Positions 36,755-49,860 of a DNA stretch of 64,000 nucleotides are shown one piece after another. The position numbers were made by a program, and so were the translations under genes. Source of the DNA: Oculina patagonica (lineage: Eukaryota); contig NC_135771.1 in the NCBI RefSeq assembly GCF_052425735.1, positions 24,428,001 through 24,492,000 of the forward strand, in the 5' to 3' direction. The notes beneath the pieces are model-generated. The model saw only the letters and a list, made by a program, of their open reading frames with translations, did not search any database and had not been told where the DNA came from. Position 1 is the stretch's first letter; every line of letters starts with the position of its first letter.

Positions 36755-39700
36755 ATGGCTTCCCCTCTTGTTAGTTTCGAGGAGGTTTACGCGCCCAGTG
36801 CCACAGATCTTTTAGCCTTTGTATTTATTTTATTATGGATAGTTTTAGCCTTATTTCAGTTGATATCTATAGCAACAGGGTAAGTACTGTTTTCTATTCT
36901 GTTTACTAAGCTGTTTTCATTCAATATTGTTCGTTTCAACTCGCTCGGTTTCCTGCCGATCATGTTCGATTGCATTCACTAATTTGTTACTTTATAATTT
37001 TGTGAATTAGAAAAATATACCTTCACAAATCTACTCCCGGTGCTAACAACAAAGAACTTCCAGGGGTATCAATCTTGAAGGTGAGAAATGGTTAAAAAAC
37101 GAGCTTATTTTCTAATCCTACTGCTGCATGCTAAACATGACAAAGTTGTTTAATTCAGTTATAAGCATATTGTTTTAGCGTTACTGATCGGAAACATCCC
37201 ACTTATCAAGCGTGTGTGTATCTTTATTTTGTAGCCTTTGGTTGGGGATGAGCCGAATCTTATAAAAAATCTTCAAACTTTTTTCGAACTCAAATACCCA
37301 AAGGTAAGATGTACAACTTCGCGGTATGCCCATTCATTTATCGATTCTTTGTTTTCCTTCGTTGTTTTTATTTTAAAATTAACTTACATTACGTATTTAT
37401 TTTTCTTCTTTTATTTTTCTTTGAAGTAATTTGAAGCCCGACAGTTGACGCTTGGAATATAAAGCCAAATATGCGCATTGAATTTTTCTAACAATCCTAC
37501 TGTGTATTATTTTTTTTCAGTTTGAAATTCTATTTTGTGTACAAGATGAACTAGATCCCGCTGTCAAAATTGTACGTCAGTTGATGGAAGCCTTTCCTTT
37601 GGTGAATTCAAGATTATTTACTGGTAGGTTAAACAACAGACGTGTTTTACGAGCAGGAACTGTAAGACTTATTTACCCGAAAAATTTATTCTTTGCGATA
37701 TATTTTATATTTACATAAATATGTCCTCAGAGTGCTCGAGACTGGAATGGTCTGTAGACCACAAAGCTAACTGAATTTTAAAATCCGTGATTTCACATTG
37801 AATGAACAATAACAGCAACGTATCAAAAAGAAACTGTTAAAATTTTGTTACTGTATTAAAATTCTGGATAGGGATATTTGAAATTAGATTAATGTTGGCA
37901 TGGCAAAAATATTCAAAATATGGACCTAATTTGTCACGGATAATGCTTATTGAATATCGATATAATGACACGATATCTAAATGTTGTTACAGGGCAAATA
38001 ATTGTAGCATAATGTTCTTTGAAATAAAATTTGTAAATATTTCCAATTGATACAATTGCTTTTTCTTTTAATTTATAAGAATTAAAATTCTTGTTTATCT
38101 CCTATGGCTCATTAAATATTCAGCCCCATAATGTTCTCTTTGAAATCCTATTCTTGAATCTTCACCAAGTTAAATTATGAATAAATTTAGCTGTTTTTGT
38201 TCTTAACCACAAATAATGTTTTGCAGTAACTACAAACAGCTTGAAATTCCACTTTTTGAAATAGCAAGCTTTAAGAAAGAAATATTTTGCATTAAAAAAT
38301 TTTCAAAGTTTATCTTTATACAGGCAGCCAAAGCTATTGATGATACAAGAGCTTTGTGGTTGATTAAATTGACAGTTACAAGAGACAACATAGCACATAT
38401 GCTCTCACTAGCAGTATTTCTATTAATGGCTGTCACAAATATAAGTTTTTATAAGGTTTCATATTATGCTATTATGGAATTGAATTTAAATTTGCACCAG
38501 ACAAGGCAGAATTTTGGCAAATGAAATTGATGGTCACTACACAGAGACTTGATTCAGTGTGAGTGTTTGAGTTTTTTTGCAACATTTAGTTGAAAAATTA
38601 TTTTGCCATCTCAAAACACTGTCTGGTTCCAGAAAAAAAATCCATACCCACCCAAAAAAAGGCCAGTAACTGGAGTCATGGTACTCCATATTACAGCACG
38701 AAGCATGCTACCGTTGCCACCCGAGCAAGATTTTTAACATTTTTTGACACTTTTTGGTGGATATTGCCCCTTAGGTAGCCAATCACAATACAGGGGTTTA
38801 CCTTATCTTGCCTGCTTGAGGAACCAGTCAAATAATAACTACTTTGTATGATTGGATGCTGACTGTTTTAGGTATACTCTCCCATTAATTTATTGTTTTG
38901 ATCACAGCTGCCAAGACAATTGGTGTGAATCCGAAGATTAATAACATGAACCAAGGTTATAAAGCAGCCAAGTATGACTTGTTATGGATCTGTGATAGTA
39001 ATATTAAAGGTAAGTTAAAATTTCATCTTATCCAAATCATGCTAGCTACAAATTAATAACAGTGCCCCTTAAACTTCAACTGTTAAATTTCTGCTAATAA
39101 TTTCTATATATTTATTTATCTATTTTAAGCACTGATGGCCAACAAAAAGTATTGGCTGCTTTGCTCAGCGAAATCGACTTCTTTAATTTTCCCTAAATTG
39201 AAACAGTTGGTTACTCTCTCAAACTAGTCGTCTACTTTAAAATTTAATTGAAATTCCTGTATTTATTTCTTGATTTTTTTGTTAATTGTAGTTCATCAAG
39301 GCACCCTGCAGGAGTTAGTGTCTCATATGGGACCAGGTGTAGGAATGGTTCATCAGGTAATACAAGCAACAATAAGACATGCACATATGCAATAGAAATT
39401 AGTGTAAGTGTAATGTAAGCTTATGAATGTAATCGGTGTGTGTGGGTGGTTTGTGGTACAACTTTGTTTTGTAGCTATTATCAGTGTTCACATAAGAGGG
39501 CAGTCTTAGGTTAAAAATTGTGACCTGACAAATTATTAGTAATTGCAATACAGTAATGGGGGTGCACGTTTTGTACCATCCTGTGACTTCTCTTTGTCAT
39601 CACTGTAGCATTGATCTGATTAATGTCAATTGGAATTGTTTATTTATTATTTTCATACTAGATACCTTTTGTTACCAATTGCATGGACTTTGCTGCCTGT

Positions 39701-42700
39701 GTAGATAAGGTAAGAGATAATGCTGCATAAGGGAGGGGAAGAGGCATTACTGACTATTGTTGGTTGTTGTTGTTGTTTTAAGTGGCTTTATGGCAGTTAA
39801 ACCTGTCATGAGTGGACACTTTTGGGACTTGAAATAGTGTCAACACAGGAGGGGCCCTGCCAGAGTAAATTCCTACAAAAAAGACAACACATAAAATAAA
39901 AAATAAAAGACAACACATAAAATAAAATTGCGTCAAAAGACAACCCTTCATTCTTGGCAAAAATTCCAGCAGCGACATCAAGGTAGAAAATCAGTGAAAA
40001 TACTCCTGCAAAGACAAGTAATTTTTCTTTCAATACAATTTCTAATAGCGACATGAAGAGCAATAAAAAAAGTGTCACAGGACATTTTTCAATTCAGACA
40101 AGCAACATGGCACCCCCCTGGCAGGGCTTCTAAGGAGAGGTGTCCTTTTTCTGGGAGGTTAAAAATGTAACTTGTATGTGGCTGGGATCTTGACTAAGTG
40201 TCCCTTTATGGGAAGAGGTGTCTGTCTGTGAAGGCTCAACTGTTTACCTAAAACAATGATCCTTGCAAATCACGACAGGTTTACTTTGGCACCCAGCATG
40301 CATTTGTATACCTGCTAGCCTACAGCCTGGGTCAGCTGTGTGCAAATGGAATGTCAAGCCTCTACAGCAAGCCACTCCTGGATGAGATAGGTAAGGATGA
40401 GAACTGGTCCAGGAAACAAATAGTAATTATGTTATTGTGAGTTTTGAGCACAAGTTTTAAGTCAAGTGTTAATAAATTTACACTCTATGTTTTAATCACA
40501 CTATGTTGTTACCAATTTTGCAGGTGGTCTAGAAGTGTTTTCTTGCTATATAGCAGAAGATTATTTCATATCAAAGGCGATATTTAAGAGGTAAGTAATA
40601 AACTGTATGGTGATCGCTGAATTTCAAGTAAACATGTATGACCTGTGCGTTAATATTGGTCAAACTATAAAGAAAACTGTACAATCCTGTACACTTTGCC
40701 ATGTACTCTGTACATCATTAATAGTGACCTCGATCTGTCCCTCTTACTTCAAGCCTCTGATGTTAAATTCAGATATTATTGATTTCAGAGGTATGAAGGT
40801 AGTTCTCAGCTCTGACCCAGCCATGCAGAATCCAAGCAGTTACTCTCTTCTAAGATATCAGCAGCGAATGGTCAGGTGAGTTGTACCTTATTATAGGAAA
40901 TTAACGCTTGTGTTAATTAAGGTATTTGAAATTAACGCGACTTAAATTAACGCGACTTAAATTAACGCAAATTGAAGGAAAAATTACTTCTCAATAAAGG
41001 AAATTAACGCGAAAGAGGGGGTAACATGAAATGAAAGGAAGAAAATTAACGCGATGTACACAACAGGAACAAGTTTATTTCAACACTTGTAGGCGTATAA
41101 TCTTAAACGCAAACAATGTTCGTGGTACTTTTTCCACTTCGAGCGTTCCTCGCTGTATCAATGATAGTGGCAGATAAAATTATGCTTTTTCCTTGATGTC
41201 AAGAACATCTGGACTGTAACGAAAAATTGGGGTCAAAATAACGGAAATTAATGTCATGGAAATTAACGCTCCACTTTATTAACGGCGCGGAAATTAACGT
41301 TAACAAAAATTAACGCAACTTAAATTAACACAAAAGTTTGAAATTCGCGTTAATTTCATGACGCGTTAATTTCCTGCACTGCCAACAAGCTTTTTTCGCC
41401 AGTAAGTGGACCTTAACGCCATGGCCATATTTTTCTGGTTACAAGGGAGCATGGTGGAGAAAAAAGGCATGAATACCAAATAATTTTAATCAAATTACAG
41501 GGGGAAAGAAGTTATTGTCTGCTAGCCTGAAGGCCTTCCTCACTGGCCTTACTTCATCTGCCAACTAAAAAGTTCAAAACGTTACTTGCCCATCAAGCAA
41601 GTGACAGAAAAAATCTGCCTAGCCTGACAGGAAAATCCACTAGCCCCCGGCTATCGGCCAGGACTTTCTTTGCACTCTGAATTATAAATTATAGAATTCA
41701 GCTTGGAAAATTCTGGATGCACAATGCATGCTAAGCTTTGTATTGATATTTTGAGGACAAACTAGATTTTGATCGCTCTTGTTGTAGATGGACCAGGCTG
41801 CGCCTCACAATGGAACCATTCCCAGCTGTGTTTGAACCTCTCACAGAGAGTGCTGTAATTGGCTTATTGACCTGCTGGGCAGTACGACACCTGTGGGATT
41901 TCAGTGCAATACTATTCTTCATTGAACATCTTGTGCTTTGGTTTGCGTTGGATTATCTTTTACTCAGATGTCTTCAAGGGGTGAGCCTGTTTCCTTTACT
42001 CCTTTACAAGCATTGGATTCATTCCATCTTTAAATTTATTCTTTCTTTGAGTCTTAAGCTTGGTGGAGCTCAAACTAAAAAAACTGTCATGGGTGGTATG
42101 GGTACTTTTTGTTACAACACAATAATTCAATTCCTTGTTGTTGGGTTTTCTACATTTTTGGCTGACTCGTCCACAGTCGTCTCTTATGCGAAAATTGCAA
42201 GGCGCTAAGGATGATGATTCCCATGATTCCCTCGGTGTTCAGCAGTTGACTTCAAGACGGACTCCAAAAAAACGACTGGGGACGAGTCAGCATTTTTGGT
42301 CTTTCTTTTTTCTTCTCAATAATATTTATTGTGTAAATTAAAAAAAAATCACTTTTAACAAAACAACAACAACAACAACAACCATTTTATTTTGCCAAAT
42401 TAAATAGAAAATAAATTACAGCATAACATAAATTAACTAAAATTGGCAAAAAAACATAAAACTAAACGAGCTGAGTAGTAAAAAAAAAATTTAATTGCTT
42501 TGACAAGGTTGTACATATTAAAAGAAGACAAAAGTAAAATAAGACAAGTAATAAGTAATTAAGTACCATGCAGAAAAAAAAATAAGTACAATGTAATTAA
42601 GTATGTCTGACTTGAATCATATTGTCTTTTTTTTAGCCTAACAATGCCTTGCCTCCATTATGGAAGCTCTTTCTGGCGTGGCTGTTTCGCGAGTTCTCCT

Positions 42701-42834
42701 GGATAGTATTTTTTCTTCAAGCAGCTTGTGGCCGTGAGATTGAATGGCGGACATCACACTTTGTGTTACAGCTGGGTGGTAAGGCTGAGCGACTCCAAGA
42801 GAAATGTCAAGACCTTAACAACCACTGCTGTTGA
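36755..42834 (+). CDS. UGCG: Ceramide glucosyltransferase (GT21), 12 exons, ~412 aa
   Basis: Exons 36755-36879, 37011-37080, 37235-37303, 37521-37623, 38908-39009, 39292-39356, 39662-39709, 40279-40390, 40524-40590, 40789-40875, 41788-41980, 42637-42834. N-terminal TM segment, then LPGVSILKPL.G, FEILFCVQD..DP, GVNPKINN, WICDS, VYFGTQH, YIAEDY and RMVRWTRLR. Confidence 0.95.
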
Positions 42835-45800
42835 CGCGAAACCCGAGCCATAGTGGTATTTACTGTTCTTTGCCATGTTGGCTGTTCAAAAAAATTGTTA
42901 TGCTACATATAACTTGTTATGGACATAGCAATTTTATGGTTTCCTTGTGGAATTCATGCCAAAGGTAGAAAATTTGTGGGAATTTATTTTGGGGTGTCAA
43001 GAAGAATTATTTGTTACTTTACTGAGACCAATAAGTGCGAATAGAATAATGAAGTTGTTGCAGTCTTATAAGAAGATTAGACTGTTGAGCATGCCACAGA
43101 AGTTGTGGCCAACAGGCAGGGTATGTTTCTGCATGTGGAAAGGTAAAGGTGCAGGAAATGGAGACTGTCATAAACTCATAGTGTCCATCTTTGCTAAACA
43201 GTTTTAATGTGGAAGGAGTATTTGAAATTGTGAGCAAGAACAGGGAAGTGGGCCGGGACAGATCTCTTTGCCAAACCCTCAAATCGCATTTTAGGTCCAT
43301 TTTAAAGAAGGGGAAGAGGTTCAGAGGTGTTCATTGTAAAAGATTACTAAAAAAGGTGCTCTTTCCTTAAACAAGACCATGACTGGGGGAGGGGACAGGA
43401 CTTTGAGGCATAACAGAACTTTGTGTAAAAGTGTGAGTTCAGTTCAACAGGGGAAGATTACTTGGAAAGACTAGCGTTGAAATATGTTTTTAAACATGGT
43501 TTCTTGTCAAACCATTTTTAAGACCTTGTTTTAACAATTTCAATTAAAAGTAGTTCTCAACATTTTCTGTATAGAACATGGTCTTGATACAGCCCCCTTC
43601 CCTCCCCCCACCCCAACTTACAATCAATACCTCTAGTATCAAGGGAAAATATTAATTAAATGTTATGAATTCAATGCACATTAAGGGTTAAATCATATTT
43701 TGTAAAACGTGAAAAACAATATTCGACTTTGTATCAATTTGCAATGGAATGGAATAAGAAAAATGACTATTTATTTTGTATCATAGAGTTCACAGGATAG
43801 GTTCTATGCCTAATGTTTGTATTTAAGTTATTGTAATTTATGTATAGCCTAATTGACGTGATGGTTTTCTTATTATAATGCTTAATAAACCGTAAATTCT
43901 TAGGGGCTCAAAACAGTTTCTGAATACACTGATTAATTTTCCATCTACTCATGTTTTATTCTTATTGTGTTATGGCAAATAGTATACTATAATACGAGTT
44001 TTTTATGCTTTTGTAAAAAAAGTAAAGGGACTTGCATAGCATCACGGAAACATTCCAAATTGTCAAATGTTATTTCGGCACAGACACTGAATACGTTAAA
44101 CAAATAATTTTAATATTTTAATAACATTACAGTCTTCAGTTACCTCTTATTAGAAAAGTGTAACATTGCGTGAGTTAGCATTATAATATGAAAGCCATCA
44201 TGAAGGCTCTCATGCAGCCAATTGAACAGGGAATTCCTCGTTTTAACACATACATAATTAAATGTTAGTTTGTGTTTAATAGTTCATTCATACAACGTTT
44301 TCAAGTGAACCAATCATGGAGCAGGAAAAAGGCTGGAAATGCGATCCAGGCAATTCAGTACTTGAAATTTGATTGGTTGGGGGATTTTTAAGGTTTTACT
44401 CTGATTGGTTCAAGAATGGAATGCTTTCAGTGTATAAGAGTGGTTTTTAATCACTCTGGCCAATCACAAAGGACACAGACGATCCACTGAACCAATCAAA
44501 ACTCGAAGAAAATACACGTAGCCGGCGCGAAGCGCGGGAAAACGTGTGCAAGCGAGTCACGATTGGTTTTGGTTTTACTTCTGATTGAATGAGAAAGTGG
44601 TGCGAATTTTTTAAACCAATCACTAAGCGAAGCAATGCAAAACCAAAGCAAACGCGAATTAATTTAGATACTTAAGTGAAAACCGATGTATCAATTCGTC
44701 TGTGTTTTTGTCTTGGAATGCTATCATTGTACTTTTACATATCGTTTAAAGGTTTTTTTTTCATTTTGGTAAAATTTCAGGACGCTTGTTATTTTTTACG
44801 GTTGTTTGGAGAAAATTTATATTCTATTTCTTCCAACTGCGTTTTATAAGGGCTGCCACACTTTGCGTTGCTATCCGCTAATACTGCTTTGAATTTTATA
44901 TTACAAGGCTAATGGTACCGATATTTTTTGTAACGGGTGTGTTTTTGCTACATGCTAGTTCTTTATTTATCTCGTATTTTATGTTTACACATAACGTAAG
45001 AATTGAGGGACAGAAAAAGGAATTTGACGTTGGTAAAGGGTTGAAATTGAATTTACCACTTATTAATAATGTAGCCGCTTATTTAATAAGAAGACATAGC
45101 CAGCTATGCTTCGTTAAGAATTTTGACAATAAATGTGAAAATAAATTGAATTCAAGTCTGAATAAATGTTTCTTACGGAGACACTGTTCGATCTTTTCTC
45201 TTTGTCTGAAGTGTACATTTCCATTGTGTACAGAAAGTAAAAGTGATCGAGTGAAATGAACATAGATCGGTTGTTTATTCCCCCTGCCCCCCCCCCCCCC
45301 CCCCCCCCCCCCCAGATAAACTTTATGGTCTCGTGCCGTATGGTTCTATTGGGTTTGTTTGAAACGTCAATTTTCCCCTCCGGTTTGCTAGATTCCAGCC
45401 CCACTCCTACTCGATGGCGGATAAAGTTTACAAAGTTTACAGGGCCATAACTAGCAAGAGGCAAGTCGAGGCACTTGCCTAGTCTAGATTTTAATCCAGA
45501 ATTTAAAACAAAATATGTTTAGTGGGGAAAATAATTCCCAGTTGAAAAATATTGATTTTTTTTTCGAGAAATACCTTTCATGTGAAATGTTTAAGAAAGA
45601 GTTTCAGAGCCACATTTTCTAGTGGGCATGCTCCCAGAACCTCCTAGCAAGATTTTGCCTCGTTTATGCCAAAGGCCCTGGTTTATTGATATTCGTAACC
45701 CGAACTAATAAGAATCGTTTTACTCTTAACTGAGTATAATTTCATATTTCAGTCATGTTCCTGTATAACTGCATTTCGGTTTCTTTAACTTACAAAACAT

Positions 45801-46467
45801 TCAAGTTTTCGGGATATGATACCAATGTTTTATAATTATACCATATACCCGCAGGGTCGGCACAAAACCTTAAGCCTTAGAGGCTAGAAGTAATTATATT
45901 TTTAAGTGAAACCAATTCGACGATAAATTTTTATGAGAAACAAAGCTTGGTGAGATTATAACTGATTCCCCGTTTTTCATTGGCGCGTGTGCATAACGGA
46001 ATTGTACGTGTTAAAACAAAAAAATTCCTCTTAGATTGCGTCTGCAAATAAATTATTCTAAGCCGTTTCCTTTTAATTATAACTTGTGTCCCGTTCTTCA
46101 AAACACAGGAAAAGAATTTACATTAAACTAGACTTTACGAAAGGTATAACAATGTTAACAGCTTGAGGTTTTCAGAACGTTTAGACTCTAAAATTAACAT
46201 CAGAAAAAATTCCGCGCTTGTGATTGGTTGGTTGAAGGTCTTTCACCTGTTGACTTATTAGCATGTATTTACATGCAATACGACGCACGTTTCACAACGA
46301 CATCTCATTATCAAACCCCATGTAAATTTAATGTCACCAGCGTATCGCTATAACAACGTTTCGTTTTTAAAAACATTCATGTTTAGTTTACGTGAAAGAC
46401 ACTGTTGGATTTTCGCTGAGAAGTTGTGTATTAACTGTACATTCGACTGTTGTTTTCAGTTGTGAAA

Positions 46468-47121
46468 ATGAGTACTTCAGTTTCGGCTCACTCTAGAAAC
46501 TCTTCGCTCGGTGGAGGGCCTTCAATGATTGGTATGATTAGGGCAAGAAAACTCGCCGTTAAAATTAAAAAACGGGCACAGTTTTTAGTTGCGGACAGAA
46601 CGCGGAGAGAAAATGCAGGCAAGACGGCAGTGATTCATTGGGATTTCCCGAGAAATTTTCGTCGTGATGAACCACCGACAAGATTGCTCGTCCCTGGCGG
46701 AAAATCCCCACCGACCTCACGATCTACTAGCGTTGCGTCGCGTTATGCCTACTCACATGTAAGCCAAACGCCGCGAAACACATACCGTATGGAACCCGTA
46801 AGCCGCTTCTCCGAGCCAAAAGTCAAAGAAGTTATTGAAGATGTTTTGGATGAGAATCTTCATGGGCACACATACGAAGCAGTGTTCTGCAAGGAAATGA
46901 GTAAAAAACTCTCTGATATTATCAAACAACGTGTCAAGTTTTTGGGATTTTCAAGGTACAAGTTTATCTGTATTGTACACATGGGACAAGTTAATAACCA
47001 AGGAATGCGAATAGGAAGTCGTTGCCTCTGGGATCAGAAGTTTGACAATGTTGCAGAAGGATATTTTAGGAACGGAGACTTGTTTGCGGTTGCAACTGTG
47101 TTCGGTTTGTATTGCGAGTAG
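46468..47121 (+). CDS. Tctex1-domain dynein light chain (TCTEX1D1/DYNLT5-like), paralogue 1, 217 aa
   Basis: Single coding exon. NTYRMEP..RF...KVKEVIEDVL...L....Y...IKQRVK.LGFSRYKFIC.V..GQ...QGMRIGSRCLWD...DN.A...F.N..LFAVATVFGLYCE. Confidence 0.9.
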   Translation: MSTSVSAHSRNSSLGGGPSMIGMIRARKLAVKIKKRAQFLVADRTRRENAGKTAVIHWDFPRNFRRDEPPTRLLVPGGKSPPTSRSTSVASRYAYSHVSQTPRNTYRMEPVSRFSEPKVKEVIEDVLDENLHGHTYEAVFCKEMSKKLSDIIKQRVKFLGFSRYKFICIVHMGQVNNQGMRIGSRCLWDQKFDNVAEGYFRNGDLFAVATVFGLYCE

Positions 47122-48189
47122 ACAATAATAAGCGAGTCAAGATCTGAAGCGGGTTCTACGATTTATTGCGAAGGTTAATTGTTATCTCGTTAGTTTCTGA
47201 CGGAAATAAACTTCTGGAAACGAAAGTGTATTATTAAAGCGGGGGGAAATATGATTGTGTATAGCACGATGATAGGTTAGATACGGAAATTATCAAGTCT
47301 AGAGTGTATGCAAAATCAAGGCCGGAGTCGAAACTGAATAACTAGAAACATTGTTACGAATTTTAATAACAACAGCTTACAGAACTTAAATGTTCCCACA
47401 GAGAAAGGCAATTAGAACGATAATCGAAATTGCTGTGTGTTAGACGCCGCTTTCCAATTATGAAAGCGCAAAATGGCATTTATTGAACACCTGTATAGGT
47501 TGGCGTCACGCCATTTGAGATCACTATAAACACTGACAAAGCTGAGTAACTTAAACAGGTAAAAAAAAATTTAAATATTAATAAAGGTGTATAGTGAAAA
47601 TGATGTGTTTGTTTTACAGGGCTGTGGAAACAACAACTGTCAAAAAAGGATAGGCTAGATCACTATCACTATCCCCTCTGCTGGATGACAGTACTGAACA
47701 GGGCTAAATGTTGCTTTTTTATGACTTTTAACTTAAAAACGTATTTCTATCAACATTGCCGTGGCTCGTATCGCAACGTTTTTTTTTTTATTCTGCTTAT
47801 AAGCCCCCCCAGATATAATCCCCCCCCCCCCACCCCCCGGTTATAAGCTCACCCAAAACCCCTTACGAAAATCAAGTTCTCTTTCCTGGTTACCATACAT
47901 CTCTTGTAACGTCAGTTCTGAGAATTTCGAGATATATCAAGACAATGTCATTAGTAGAAAAAGAAAACTTTGTCATCAAGTGCGCTAAAATCGCATTTGT
48001 TTTGGCGATTTAGCGTTTTGGAAACACAAATATATTATGGCATTTCTGACAGTGTGGCATCGAGGAACATGCAGAAATAGCTATTTTGCCAGCACGCAAC
48101 AGAGGACTGGGTCCATCCGTCCATGTAGGAGGGATTGTGGGTAACGTAATTAGATATGTATGGCTGTTTGTTACAGATTTTTATTAAAC

Positions 48190-48625
48190 GGTATTAACAT
48201 CAGTGAAATACCAGGAAATCTTTCGCGCGTTAAAATCATACCTTCACACGTGAAAATAACTTGTTATTTTCACATGTGAAGATATCGATTTCGAAACATT
48301 TTCTGACAAGTTTGCCCTGTTTCAATGCTGAATGAGCCAAAGTAAATCGATATTAAGTCGAAACATCTTCGGATCTTCCTCGGCAATCTTCTGAAATCTT
48401 CGGAAATTTTCGGAAATGTTCGGAAAATGTTCAGAAACATTCGTACGACCTTCGGACAACATTTTGCAAATCTTCGGAAATCTTCGGAAAATGGTCGGCA
48501 ATCTTCGGAAAATCTCGTGTTCAAATCGATATCCCACTCGTTCGCTGTGCTCACTCGTGAGATATCGATTTGAACACTCGAAGATAAATTTCATATCTCC
48601 GCGCAACCATGTAATATTCTCTATG
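48190..48625. repeat. Interspersed repeat with TCTTCGGAAA sub-repeats
   Basis: 48303-48500 is closely similar to 52055-52220. Its ORFs are low-complexity artefacts. Confidence 0.7.
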
Positions 48626-49427
48626 TCTGCGAACGCAGTCGTATTTCCGACTGTCGTTTCTCTCCGCCGAAGATCTAGAGAAGCGACGACCAGAAACACG
48701 TCTTTGTTCGCAGGCTAGCACTTTACTCGAGCACCAAAATTTTATTTTGGAAATTTTTGTATAATATTTTGTAATTTCACAACTTTCTAGATTTCATGTT
48801 CCCCTGCCCTCATATATAGTTGGCGACACCGCAGCTGATTTCAGCAGGTTGGGGGTATACGTTCCCTTCTTCCACAAAGTAGTTTTGAGTTTTCGTATCC
48901 GGCGGTGTCGTACACAGTTTCTGTGAGGAACTTCGATCTTTTGTGATGGAGAGTATTGTTATTAAGCGTATTCTGATAAGTTGATGGCAGGTTAGCAATA
49001 AACTGGTTTTGAGGTCCTTGCTGACCTATATATGCCCCTGTATCTACACTGTTGTGTGTTTTTCTGGATAGTGTAGGCAAAATTGATCAAATCAATTGCA
49101 TATCTAAAGTGCCTCTCATGCAAATATCTTTTCACGGTCATTATTAAGCATTTTTTGGGAGATGTATTTATTATCAGTTTCGCCTTTCTGGCTCCAGCTA
49201 GTCGGCGACTTAGTTATCGCTAATTTGTGCAGCAAATCGTCTAGTCTTTTACTCCACTTTATATCCTATTTTCCTGGGAAGAAAAAAGGGGAGCTGGGTT
49301 CAAGCAATAATTAAACCTAATGATGTGACGTCATAATTGATAGGCCGTAGACCCCCTTTAAAGACCCTCCTTTAAACAGAAGCCTTTGCAAGTTTGCATA
49401 TGAAACAAGTTTTATTCATTACCATAG

Positions 49428-49668
49428 CAGGGTCGTAACCAGGTATATTTTTTATTGCTGATCCCAAATTTTAGCTCTAAATTTTGATTCCTGATCCCCA
49501 AAATGTGGCAACATTTGATCCCTGATTCCATTCTGATCCCATCTGATTGGCCGATCCGGATCCCATGACTTGTGACCCGGGATCCCGGGTCCATGATCCC
49601 GATCCCGAGGCTGTGATCCCGATCTCAAGGCTGTGATCCCTGATCCCATATACCTGGTTACGACCCTG
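49428..49668. mobile_element. MITE with CAGGGTCGTAACCAGGTATAT TIRs and 6-bp TSD
   Basis: Perfect 21-bp TIRs. CCATAG at 49422-49427 and 49669-49674. Internal GATCCC repeats. Confidence 0.8.
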
Positions 49669-49860
49669 CCATAGTGTAAATCACATACTTTTTTGAGAGT
49701 AGCAGGGGGGACTTTAATTTCTGCCCTCTCATAAAATACCCATCTTTGGAGCCTGTGAAACTCATCACGCAATCACACAGTTAGCACAACTACACAGTTT
49801 TACTTTGGTTATATTTGCCAGTTTAGCGACTTAGAAGCTGAAAATATAAAAATGTCAATT

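Noticed and set aside
48810-49140. Short ORFs between Tctex paralogues 1 and 2
   Set aside because: No ATG-initiated long frame, recognisable domain or partner exons.
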